This document shows positions 1 to 9,481 of a stretch of 64,000 nt of DNA, piece after piece. The DNA is from Cirrosporium novae-zelandiae. Its lineage: Eukaryota. Position 1 is the first letter of the stretch. Each line of letters opens with the position of its first letter. Position numbers and translations under genes: made by a program. The notes beneath the pieces are model-generated. The model was not told where the DNA came from. It saw nothing but the letters and a program-made list of their open reading frames with translations, and ran no database searches. The stretch is from assembly GCA_026023565.1 (NCBI GenBank), contig JAPETS010000029.1, positions 62,001-126,000 on the forward strand, in the 5' to 3' direction.

Positions 1-1300
1 TTCCAACCCTATGTCGCTGAGTTTGACAACATTGATAATGTTGCTAGTCAGATTATGTATGTATAGTACCATACATTTTTCAATCGCAGGGCATGAACAG
101 ATCTATCTAGATGTAGGAGGTTGATGATGACATCTCCATACACTTTATCAGCAGTAAGCTATCCTTCTACAGTCCAGAAGACTATGAACGCAGGCGTAAA
201 GACGACGAGGTTCTCTCTCGAATGGATGAGACACGTTTGATGGTTCCGGAATCGGCTTCAAAACGATAAAGGACCCAGTCATCAGCTATATCACAGGTGA
301 TCAGCTTGGCTCGACCAGCTGAATAGATATTGTTAATGTATGCAATATGGCCGCTAAGCTCTAGTTGCTGAGCAATCTTGGCAGGTAAGTTGTCAATATC
401 AATGGTACGTCTGGTAGCTTTATTGAATACCTTATTTGCTGATTCTCCCCGCCTTTCTTGACCGAACTGATTCAGCTGATCCTTGTTCGGATCCCTAGGC
501 TTGAAGCCAGCTAGGAGGAGGTAGGGATGACATGCCCAGCACTTATCATGAGTTGTCGGAAGTGCATCAAATGTGGAAGAGTCAGTACGAGCAGATTACG
601 AGTTTGAGGACTTATTTGACTGGGTGTTATCCTTTAGTTTCGCTGGCTTGACTGGACGAATGGTCTCATTCTCACTAGATAACTTCATGTTCTTTTCAAA
701 GGACAGATCACGAAGTAGAGTATCTATATTGTGGGACAAACCTGAAGACAGAGTTTCTATCGGACCTAGATGCTGTACTTCTCAGTGATAGTGCCGAGCA
801 ACTTCCAATAACGAACTTGCTTGCTAATCTCGGTATCCTGTTGAATGAGCGCATGGGCAATCTAATGAGAGCGTAAAAATGTCAGCGTTCTTGGGCCTTG
901 TAAGATGTAGACGAAGGAACCTCCGAGCAGCTGAGAAATGACTAGTTTCGGGAGACGTAGCGAATCGAGCAATGAGAATAGTCCAGGCTGATGCTGGAGT
1001 CTTCGCGTTCTCGATTATCTCGAAAACGGCGGGACCGACAGACTGGAAGAGCCAGAACTGAGCCGTGTGCTTATCGTCTTGTGTTTCATCCTCTTCCATT
1101 TATCATTTATGAATCGCCTGTTGAAGTCGCTCACTGGCATCAAAGGTGTGAAGTTTCTTGACATCATCTTCATTCTTGAAGTCCACAACAGGGTACCCTC
1201 GAATCAGGGCAAAAACAAGACGTTCCCCGATGTCAGATAAAGTAGGATTCGACCTACTGACAGGTTCTATTTTGACTGAACAGAGCTTGGTAAGTATAAG
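1..1300 (-). mobile_element. Degenerate Ty1/copia LTR-retrotransposon gag-protease region, running off the left edge
   Basis: Minus-strand translation across stops and frameshifts gives copia gag-like 'FWLFQSVGPAVFEIIENAKTPASAWTILIARF' (824-1099), a knuckle remnant 'THDKCWACHP' (~525-555), a protease-like 'DDWVL...DSG' (~245-285) and 'YGDVII...LRLKNVWY...NLTSNIINVVKLSDIG' (1-140), which matches the copia L.NV.YVP.L..NLISV.KL...G pattern. In-frame TGA/TAA near 1100-1105. Upstream boundary is approximate. Confidence 0.8.
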
Positions 1301-1385
1301 GAATTGAATGAGCTTTATGGACCATGATTACCATTGCTTGCGTTATTACGCTTCTTGGTGGTCAGCTTCGCCGGCGAAAGGAATA

Positions 1386-1946
1386 GACCAGACCGACCAG
1401 ACCAAGGCCCTTGGTCTGGTCGGTCACATGATGAGACATGGGTTTAATTGGTCAGTGAATAATTGTATAATATGAGTTAATCAAGGTCTTGGCGGAGGCA
1501 TTGAAGTGTTCTTTACCAGCAGCATCCTAGCTAGGGATATCACAAAAGCTGGAATAACCTGCTCTATTCCAGCTAGCTAAGCACACCACAAAAACTGGAA
1601 TAATATGCTCCATTCCAACTAAGGCATTGCCACATTCTGCCGTCCATTGTCCCAATTCCAAAGCTTTCCTTAATAATAATGTAAACTCGTATGCGGAATT
1701 AAAAACATAGGCGCAAAAGTCAGTAAAATGCTCAGCGGAAACCTCACTCAGGGGCACACCCGGCGGGTATTCGGGGGTGGTGAAATATATATTAATTATA
1801 CGCTTTTAGCTCTAGTCCAAACCCAGAATTCAGAAATCTCTAACTCCGATATCCTTAACATCAACAAAATTCCCTTCTCTACCATGAAATTCGCATTTAT
1901 ATAGACCAGATAGACCTTGAGTAGCTAGGGTCTGGTCGGTCTGGTC
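1386..1946. repeat. GACCA/GACCG-based inverted repeats; probable DNA-transposon end or MITE relic
   Basis: Perfect 17-bp palindrome arms at 1391-1407 and 1409-1425 (gaccgaccagaccaagg-c-ccttggtctggtcggtc). An 18-bp sequence at 1386-1403 is inverted at 1929-1946, preceded by TAG (TAGGGTCTGGTC...). Confidence 0.55.
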
Positions 1947-2034
1947 GATCTAGGTTAGACCGCTTATTTAGTCTGGAGCTTCATCTCCGAATCGACAGCC
2001 AGAGCACGAGAGAAGCGTCAGGGCGAAAAATGGG

Positions 2035-2288
2035 TGACACGAGGTACTCATAATTTCTTAAGGCTACTAGGATAGTAGACGAATGACTTGATTGATTATC
2101 TATCTATTGTTGTGAGGGAATATGCCTATTACTATGAGGGAATATGAGGTACATTGTTTCCAAGAACTTGCTCTCGAATCTCGCGTTCTTTACGCGTTAA
2201 TCCCAGCTAGCGGAACTTAGGTTTAACCCTACGATCTCCAAGCCCTAGATTTTCCCTAACTGGGAAGGCGCCTCGGGGGTCCGTTACA
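2035..2288. mobile_element. Putative solo LTR (~254 bp)
   Basis: Bounded by TGACACG...CGTTACA (TG...CA with imperfect terminal inverted repeat); internal direct repeat tgagggaatatg x2 (~2113-2146). No matching target-site duplication seen. Confidence 0.4.
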
Positions 2289-2330
2289 ATCAAGTGCTTT
2301 GTAGGACAGCACATAGGAGACAATTACAGA

Positions 2331-2420
2331 TATAAAAGCATGTTCAAAGTAGGTTGGTGGTTACGTCTCAAAATATATCCAATCTTTTTGTTGCCTTTAC
2401 ATGTAGGGAAAGAAAAATGG
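2331..2420 (+). promoter_or_regulatory. TATA-like box and eukaryotic start context of the nrdD-nrdG gene
   Basis: TATAAAA at 2331-2337, 86 bp before ATG 2417; start context AAAATGG (A at -3, G at +4). Confidence 0.4.
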
Positions 2421-4894
2421 CGACATCAAAAACAACCCTAGATCATGCTGAGTTGGTCAAAGAATATCTGACCAAGGCGACATGGAAGGGTGCCGAGAAC
2501 GCAAACTCGACCTACTCGCACCAGGGATTGATGCAATACATTTCAGGGCATATCATATCCGAATATTGGCTCAACCATATCTACACGGAAGAAGTACGAC
2601 GTTGCAGCAAGGAGAACCGCGTCCATATCCACGATCTAGGATTTTTGAGCGCGTACTGTTCAGGATGGAGCATTGAAGACATTTTGCTTCGAGGATTCGG
2701 CGGAGTCGAGAACAAGATTCAGTGCAGGCCACCAAACCACCTCAACACGGCCCTTAACCAGACGGTGAACTTTTTGTTCACACTTCAGGGCGAGCTCGCT
2801 GGAGCGCAGGCCTTATCCAATTTTGATACATATTTGGCGCCCTTCATTCGCTATGACGGGTTGGCATACGTGGAAGTGTTCAAGTATATGCAGAGTTTTG
2901 TGTATTCGCTCAACGTTCCTACGAGAAGCGGCTTCCAGGCACCGTTCACGAACATCTCCATGGATTTGATCTGCCCTAAGAGCCTCGAAGGACAGCCAGT
3001 GATTATCGGAGGAGAGCCGCATGCAGAATGGGTATATAATGATTTCCAAGAGGAAATGGATATCATTAACCGCGCATTTACGGAGGTGATGGTCCAAGGA
3101 GACGGTAACGGCAACATCTTCTCGTTTCCAATTCCGACGTACAATCTATGTGAAGGGTTTGATTGGGACTCACCACGGTACGAGTCCATCTGGGAAATGA
3201 CTGCCAAGTACGGAGTGCCGTATTTTGCCAACTTCATCAACAGCGATCTGAACCCTGAGGATTTCCGGTCGATGTGCTGCAGACTGCGGCTCGATGTAAG
3301 CAAGCTGCACAGCCGCGGGGGGGGATTGTTTGGGGCTGTTCCATTGACAGGCTCGATCGGAGTTGTTACGTTGAATCTTCCCAACATTGCGATGCGCTCT
3401 TCTGGGACAAAGGAATCTTTTTTCGCGGAGCTCGCCGATACACTTCGGGTGGCAAAGGACGCGCTCGAGATTAAGAGAGAGGTTGTGAACGGACACTCTG
3501 CATTGTATCCGTATGCAGCATATTATTTGTCGGTCATTAAGAAACGAACGGGATCGTACTGGACAAACCATTTCAGCACAATTGGGGTGATCGGCATGCA
3601 TGAAGCGTTAACCGTATTATTCGGAAAGGGAATCGTGGAAAATAAGGACTTTGCATGTGATGTTCTAGAGTTTATCAAGGAGAAGCTTCAGGATTTCCAG
3701 AATGAAACGGGAAACCTTTACAACCTAGAAGCCACTCCGGCGGAGAGTACCAGCTACAGACTGGCACAGCGGGATCAAGAGCTCTTCCCAGATCACAAAA
3801 TCCCAAGCTTTTATACCAACTCAACAGCGCTTCCAGTAAACGCGACGGATGATTTGTTTGAAGCTTTGGGCCATCAAGAGAAGTTGCAATGTGCGTACAC
3901 CGGAGGAACAGTATTCCATGCGTTCCTAGGTGAACGACTTTCCGGATGGAAACAAGCACGGGATCTTGTGCGGACGATTGCTACACGGTATCGCATTCCA
4001 TACATTACACTAACACCAACATTTAGTATCTGCAAGACACATGGGTACATCAGTGGAGAGTCGCCACAATGTCCAATGTGTAAGGAAGAATGCCTTGTGT
4101 ACTCACGGATTGTGGGATACTTCCGGCCAACCAAGGACTGGAACAAGGGGAAAAAGGAGGAGTTTGCTATGCGCAAGCTCTATCGTTACACAACGGAGAC
4201 TGTCAAGGAGAACAAGCTACCAGTGATTACAGACCTTCCGGTTGCTGGATACACCAAGCTTACGCTGAGCGATTACCCTGGTAAGATCCAGGCATCAATC
4301 ATGTTTACGTCGCTTTGCAATCTTTCGTGTCCGTGGTGTCATAATGGCTCAATCGTACGAGGCGAACGCGAGGATATCACGGCACAAGACGTGTTTCGTC
4401 AAATTACCGCGTCGGAACACAAGAACCTAGTGATTTCTGGTGGCGAGCCGACGATCAACGCGGGGCTCATCCCTTTCCTCCGGCTTCTCAAAAAAGCAGG
4501 TGTCAGCGTTAAGCTGGACACGAACGGAACAGCGCCGGAGGTTTTGCGCCGGATTTTCGCAGAGAACCTGGTCGACTTTGTGGCCATGGACATCAAGTGC
4601 GCTCTGCACAAGTACAAGAAAGTGGCGGGACGCTATGTGGATGCGCGTGTGCTGGAAACCAGCATAAGGATGATCAAAACGTCCAATGTGCCATACGAGT
4701 TCCGCACAACTGTGGTGCCTTCACTTGTCGATGTTGAGGACTTGATGGCGTGCAAGGAGCTTGCCGATGGTAAGCTCACGGTCCAACGATTCAGACGCGG
4801 CGACTCGAACTTGCGCGAGCGCTTCAGGGATTGCACGGAACAGACCGAAGAGGAGTTTGAGTCCATGGTTGCGCAAGTATTCAAGGAGACATGA
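2417..4894 (+). CDS. nrdD-nrdG: Class III anaerobic ribonucleoside-triphosphate reductase NrdD fused to radical-SAM activase NrdG (825 aa, intronless)
   Basis: NrdD motifs: W..ENAN.TYS.QGL, HIHDL...YC (Cys 2657), finger loop RSMCCRL (Cys-Cys 3275-3280), YNLEATPAESTSYRLA, YTGGTVFH, Zn site CxxH-x8..CxxC (4031-4081), glycyl-radical loop YSRIVGYFRP (Gly 4115-4117), WNKGKKEEF. NrdG motifs: L.DYPG, CNLSCPWC (4316-4339), ISGGEPT, KLDTNG, DFVAMDIK, YEFRTTVVP. The first ATG of the track ORF (2354 is a non-ATG start) is 2417. Confidence 0.95.
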   Translation: MATSKTTLDHAELVKEYLTKATWKGAENANSTYSHQGLMQYISGHIISEYWLNHIYTEEVRRCSKENRVHIHDLGFLSAYCSGWSIEDILLRGFGGVENKIQCRPPNHLNTALNQTVNFLFTLQGELAGAQALSNFDTYLAPFIRYDGLAYVEVFKYMQSFVYSLNVPTRSGFQAPFTNISMDLICPKSLEGQPVIIGGEPHAEWVYNDFQEEMDIINRAFTEVMVQGDGNGNIFSFPIPTYNLCEGFDWDSPRYESIWEMTAKYGVPYFANFINSDLNPEDFRSMCCRLRLDVSKLHSRGGGLFGAVPLTGSIGVVTLNLPNIAMRSSGTKESFFAELADTLRVAKDALEIKREVVNGHSALYPYAAYYLSVIKKRTGSYWTNHFSTIGVIGMHEALTVLFGKGIVENKDFACDVLEFIKEKLQDFQNETGNLYNLEATPAESTSYRLAQRDQELFPDHKIPSFYTNSTALPVNATDDLFEALGHQEKLQCAYTGGTVFHAFLGERLSGWKQARDLVRTIATRYRIPYITLTPTFSICKTHGYISGESPQCPMCKEECLVYSRIVGYFRPTKDWNKGKKEEFAMRKLYRYTTETVKENKLPVITDLPVAGYTKLTLSDYPGKIQASIMFTSLCNLSCPWCHNGSIVRGEREDITAQDVFRQITASEHKNLVISGGEPTINAGLIPFLRLLKKAGVSVKLDTNGTAPEVLRRIFAENLVDFVAMDIKCALHKYKKVAGRYVDARVLETSIRMIKTSNVPYEFRTTVVPSLVDVEDLMACKELADGKLTVQRFRRGDSNLRERFRDCTEQTEEEFESMVAQVFKET

Positions 4895-5201
4895 ACCTTG
4901 GATTGACCTTTCTTTTCTCTGTTATATAGATACCAACCTGCTGGACTAGAACTCATCAATATGTATATGTAAGGAAATCTAGATAATACCAATGATGCTT
5001 TTTTACCCGATGAAAATTTTTATTGAAGCACGTCTCCCCTTTGGCGCTTACAAAGGTACAAATTACCCGCGAGAAGTACTTAGCATGCTTCCCACAGCAC
5101 AATCGGCGTTCTATTTCTAGGCGTTTCAGCCAGAATTAAGTTAATTAGCTATTCTCGGCTTTTGATCTGCTGCTCACGCGAGTGACAAGCGTGACAAGGA
5201 A

Positions 5202-5436
5202 AAAAAGCGCGAACTCACCTGATCAAAGAACCCTTTTTTCCCATTGCCCATTATTGAATGATTGTATTAATTGATGCAACAACATGTAAACACACAACGC
5301 CAAAACAGGCTTAACAAACTATTCCAAGACCACCACTATATATAATATAATTATAATGGAATGTATTGGATAGATAAGGGATTAGGGGGTGAGTCTAAAA
5401 AAATGGAAACCCGAAATTTGCGAGTTCGCGCTTTTT
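5202..5436. repeat. 15-bp perfect inverted repeat flanking ~205 bp of AT-rich spacer
   Basis: aaaaagcgcgaactc (5202-5216) and gagttcgcgcttttt (5422-5436). Confidence 0.55.
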
Positions 5437-6502
5437 GGTGTTACCTCGCGTGGGGGCTTTACTTACTCTAGAAAGACAGAATCCCAGTACCCTGTTTGAC
5501 GTGACATGACACGCTCGGGTGGTGGCAAATTCAATATATTTATTTTCCTTCCTGAGTCTAGCTTCCCCAGCACGCGTTGTAACACCCTTAGATCTTCCCG
5601 ATTAGGGAATCAGCTGTGTGCAACGTTCTTTCTCTAATTAACATGTGCTGCTACCTACCGAGCAAACCAAGCGAACGCATAAAAAGCATTAATTATTTGT
5701 TCATAACAATATCTTATCCTTCATGTTTATATTCGGTATCGCTCCTTGATTACTATGGCAAAGGGAGAAATAAAAAAGAAGAGAAAGAGAAAACCTTTTC
5801 GTTATAGGTTCTCTTATATGGAATAATGTATTTTTAGGTAAAAAGATAAAGGGGTAATGAATTAATGTTGTATAGCACGCTACGAAAGAGAAGAAAAAAA
5901 AGAAAGATAGGTAAATAAATAGGTGATATAAGTGCAAGCTACAAAAAGGAGAAGGTTGGTACGGTTTAAAGTTGAAGGTAAAGGTAAATGCCACCGTTAT
6001 TGTTATTGATGAGGGGTAAGTGAGAGGTAGATGGAATATGGAATTTTTTTTGTGGGAGAAAGATGATGGTGGTGGCGGCGGCTATTGAAAGGGGTCGAGG
6101 ACATGTGGTAGGTTATTCTTATGCTTCTTCTTATTCTTCGTGCTTCAGGCTCTTGCTTTGTATGCTCGCGAAAGTCCGCCATGTTGGGGAGATTGTATGG
6201 GGATGGCTTCTTCTGCTTCCTCCTCCTCTTTTTCTCTCCGCACCAACAAGAACTTTTCCATTTCTACAGGTCGAGAGCTATTGGCAACAGCATTATTAAA
6301 AATAACGTCTCCTTGCTTCCGATGTGGGGATAATGCCAATATAAGAACGGGATAACAAGGAATGCTAGGGAGGAAAGGGGCTACATCACCTTCGTCTGCC
6401 CATTTCGATTCATGAACTAAAACGGTTCAATGTCAGGATCAAAATGTACTGTACAAACATCATGCGGTATGCATATGCTATAGCAGGTTTCTCTATTCTA
6501 AG

Positions 6503-6930
6503 CTATTCGCACCCTATTAGCGAATATGCGGACTTGACAACTCTACCGTTAGATGAGGATATCATTGAGCTGACATGATCCAAGTCGAAGTAACTCTGTG
6601 ACATTTGATGCGGCGCTCCCATCGCTACATCCCAAAGCCTAATCATGCAAACTAATGCAGAAGCGACGATCTTACCATTAGGCAAAAAAACCACCAACTG
6701 GACGCGTTCCAAATGACCTTTCAGAGTTTGAAAAGATGGATTCCAGTCATCTTCAATCCTAGATACATTTTTGATCCATTTAGGGGCCTAGTCCGAAAAT
6801 TGTGTTTTAATTATGCTTTTCTCTCGGTTAAATACAAGAGTAACGGCATATACTCGGAGAGGCCTCTTCTCAATGATGGGTCGATAGTTAAGCATGAATC
6901 GTTTTCCACCATGGACCATGGAATATAACC
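6503..6930 (-). pseudogene. HET-E/NWD-type NACHT-WD40 (fungal NLR) pseudogene fragment
   Basis: Minus-strand translation 'MVHGGKRFMLNYRPIIEKRPLRVYAVTLVFNREKSIIKTQFSD*APKWIKNVSRIEDDWNPSFQTLKGHLERVQLVVFLPNGKIVASAL..MIRLWDVAMGA' matches the HET-E pre-WD linker and first WD40 repeat. In-frame TAG at ~6788-6790; second repeat decayed. Confidence 0.8.
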
Positions 6931-8789
6931 TGGGATCTTCGTTGGACTTGATTTTAACCCAGTTGGTCCCTCGGTATGGGCCACTTACTTTAATCAGGGA
7001 TGGATTCTAATTTTATCAACATAACAGCCCCTTCGGATATTTTTCGATCCAACCCAAGGCTTCTAGCTAGTGAAGAAGATGCTTCTGAAGAAATTTATAA
7101 ACCTCTCCGTTATAATTCAGGCTGGTGAAAGATGCTGGTTGCCATTTCACTAACGAGGGATCCTAGGTGGTCAAGGTCATAAATATCCTTCCTGAAGCTA
7201 CTAGGACCCGACACGAGATCTAAGTAGTTCCCAGTTAGATCTTTATGTACTTGGTTTTTTCTGACCCGGAATTGTTCATCCTTCACATCCTTCTATTTAG
7301 GAGGAAGTCACAACAGGAGGGATGAAACAGTCGAATCAGAGAACCGTGTTCGGCCAGAGTATACATCTGCTTTGAGGATTTTTGCTCCATTGCATAACCT
7401 CATGATGAAGCCCAACTTGTATTTTTTTTTTCAATGTATTGAGGTTTATGTTGGCGATGGTAAGCATTAAAAATGGCACTATCGGCACAGGATAGCTTGT
7501 CTAGCAGCCTACCCTGCTTCCAATATTCTTCTGATATCCCTTGAGACAAGATTCACATTCGTTGATAGTTCTAAGGACAAGAATCTAATACAGGTGAGAT
7601 TTCGTTCGATCATTGTAAGCTCGTCCAAAATATTCTAGGGCGCTTGTTATTTCTCGATGAAAACGGTTCGACGGCTCTTCGTTCGAGTTTGGAGCAATAC
7701 TCTAAGGGACAAAGAGAATATTTGTCCACGATATCCGGGTAGCTGCAAGTGTGGTGGTTCTTGGATCTATGAGATGGAGATATAAACGAACTTTCGGGAT
7801 GGAATAGGTTGCCATAAATACGTAAGCTCAGGCTCAGGCTCAGGCTCAAATAGCTATGCGGCGGAGCGTGGGCGCCAGCCTTAGCATTTATGATGGGTTA
7901 TTGTGTTGTGACAACTTAGCAGAATTCTCATCATTTATTTGTTACCATCTTTGGCTAACCGTCATTTAGCTCCTGGTTTGAAAAAAAAAAGCCCAGGAGA
8001 CCCCAGACATCCACAAGGGGATCGCATCCCATAAGAAACACCGATGCCGTGGATAATTACTGATCACTTAGGAAGAAGATCCCATGGGGATGCTATTCCA
8101 TGTGAGATTCTATAAAGAATATGGGATCCGTAGTCTACAAAGGTAGCTAACTACCTAGGTACAGTACATACACTATAGGCTAAGATCCCGCCCAAAACCC
8201 CAGCATCAAAGCTATGGAGAGAAATAGACACATCAAACAATCTCCCAGTAGAATTATTTTTTTTTCGCTTATGGAGTGGCTCATTAGCTAGTCAAGTAAT
8301 ATGGTTTTATGAACAACCCTATCCCCTCCTACATTAAGGAAAGGAGCAAGACTAATGATGAAATGAATAACGATGGTGACTAATTATGATTGCGATTGTA
8401 TCGAGGAGATGGAACTGATGATGTATAGGGAGTCCATAATGCAAACATATATACGTGAATGATTATTTGTATGATATGATATGGTTGATACACGCCCGTA
8501 CTGTGGATCATGCCTGCACTTGAGGATTGAGGGCTGAGGTTGTAAGACTGCTACAGCTTGATCAACCAGTTGTGAATAAGATAAGAATGTAAAAGGTTAG
8601 ATGATATTTATTGTATAATATGTAGCACGAGGTATTAGTATACATTGCATTACACCTTCCATTAGCCGCATCTTCCTACTCCATCCTAAGGCAAAGTCCG
8701 AGGCTCCCTAGTCAACACATCTCCACTCTCCCTCAACACACCGCCGTCATCATCATTTACACCTTCCTCACCTCTCTGCCGTCCCACAC

Positions 8790-9481
8790 GTTCCAAAATA
8801 GTTGGGGTGGCGGGAGTATTTGAAGAGGCCAGTGTTGCAGAATGTTCCGCCGGCGGAGATCTTGCTGTTGTTGCTGGTGTCGGTTGTATCTGAGGAAGGC
8901 CTTTATGGTCTTGTTCTTAAACCGGAAATTTTGCACATCTGACACGCTTTCCATGAAGAATCCGAACGCTCATAATATAACGCCTGCGATGTCGTAGTCC
9001 ATCCCGAAAGGCCGCTGAGGATAGCTCGCAACATTTGGCGAATTTTGAAACGTGACCGGAAGAGACACAGTCCACACCCAGGTCATCTGAAAGATCCAGA
9101 AACCAAGAAATGGGAAAAACTTGTCATGCATCCCGTCGAAGCGGTCGTCTTTTCCGGTTTTTAGGATCCGGAAGAGGAGGAAGCTAGAGAAGCGGGAGGC
9201 CCAAAGGATGAGGAATATGGAAACCACGATTTGGCGAGCATGGTGGTGGCCTTAGAGGGAGAGGGTGAGGATGGAGGAGAACGAAGTTGGTGCCATCGGC
9301 GAGGTCTGAGGATAGTGAGTATTTTTTTTAGTTTAGAGATAAGTTCAGGGGTGGATGATATACCAGTTAGCTTATCGAATTTCAGGGTGAAAGCTATTAA
9401 GAAGAAAAATAATTGATATGCGACGGTGACAAGGAAAGTGATAGCGAGATAGTAATTATCAAGGACATGAATTTCTAACAT
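8790..9481 (-). pseudogene. DUF1295 / steroid 5-alpha-reductase-like membrane protein pseudogene
   Basis: 'HVLDNYYLAITFLVTVAYQLFFFLIAFTLKFDKLT' | intron 9306-9363 | 'DLADGTNF', then 'FLLFRILKTGKDDRFD', 'VWTVSLPV', 'FFMESVSDVQ', 'GLFKYSRHPNYFG'. Disrupted by a frameshift (~9270), TAA (~9252), TGA in place of Trp (8970-8972) and a further frameshift before the YSRHPNY motif. Confidence 0.85.

Noticed and set aside
1241..1258. AGTAGG-ATTCGA-CCTACT hairpin resembling a tRNA T-arm
   Set aside because: No cloverleaf around it; it lies inside the copia remnant.
2340..2406. Possible upstream micro-exon ATG TTC AAA with GTAGGT...TAG intron for nrdD
   Set aside because: Splicing leaves the ATG out of frame with the NrdD ORF, and it lies only 9 bp from the TATA-like box.
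2354..2416. 21-aa N-terminal extension in the ORF track
   Set aside because: Begins at a non-ATG codon and has no ATP-cone or targeting character; ATG 2417 has good context.
2482..4992. Many short overlapping ORFs on both strands inside nrdD-nrdG (likewise inside the PKS, ValRS and MFS genes)
   Set aside because: Shadow frames of long coding regions with no recognisable motifs.
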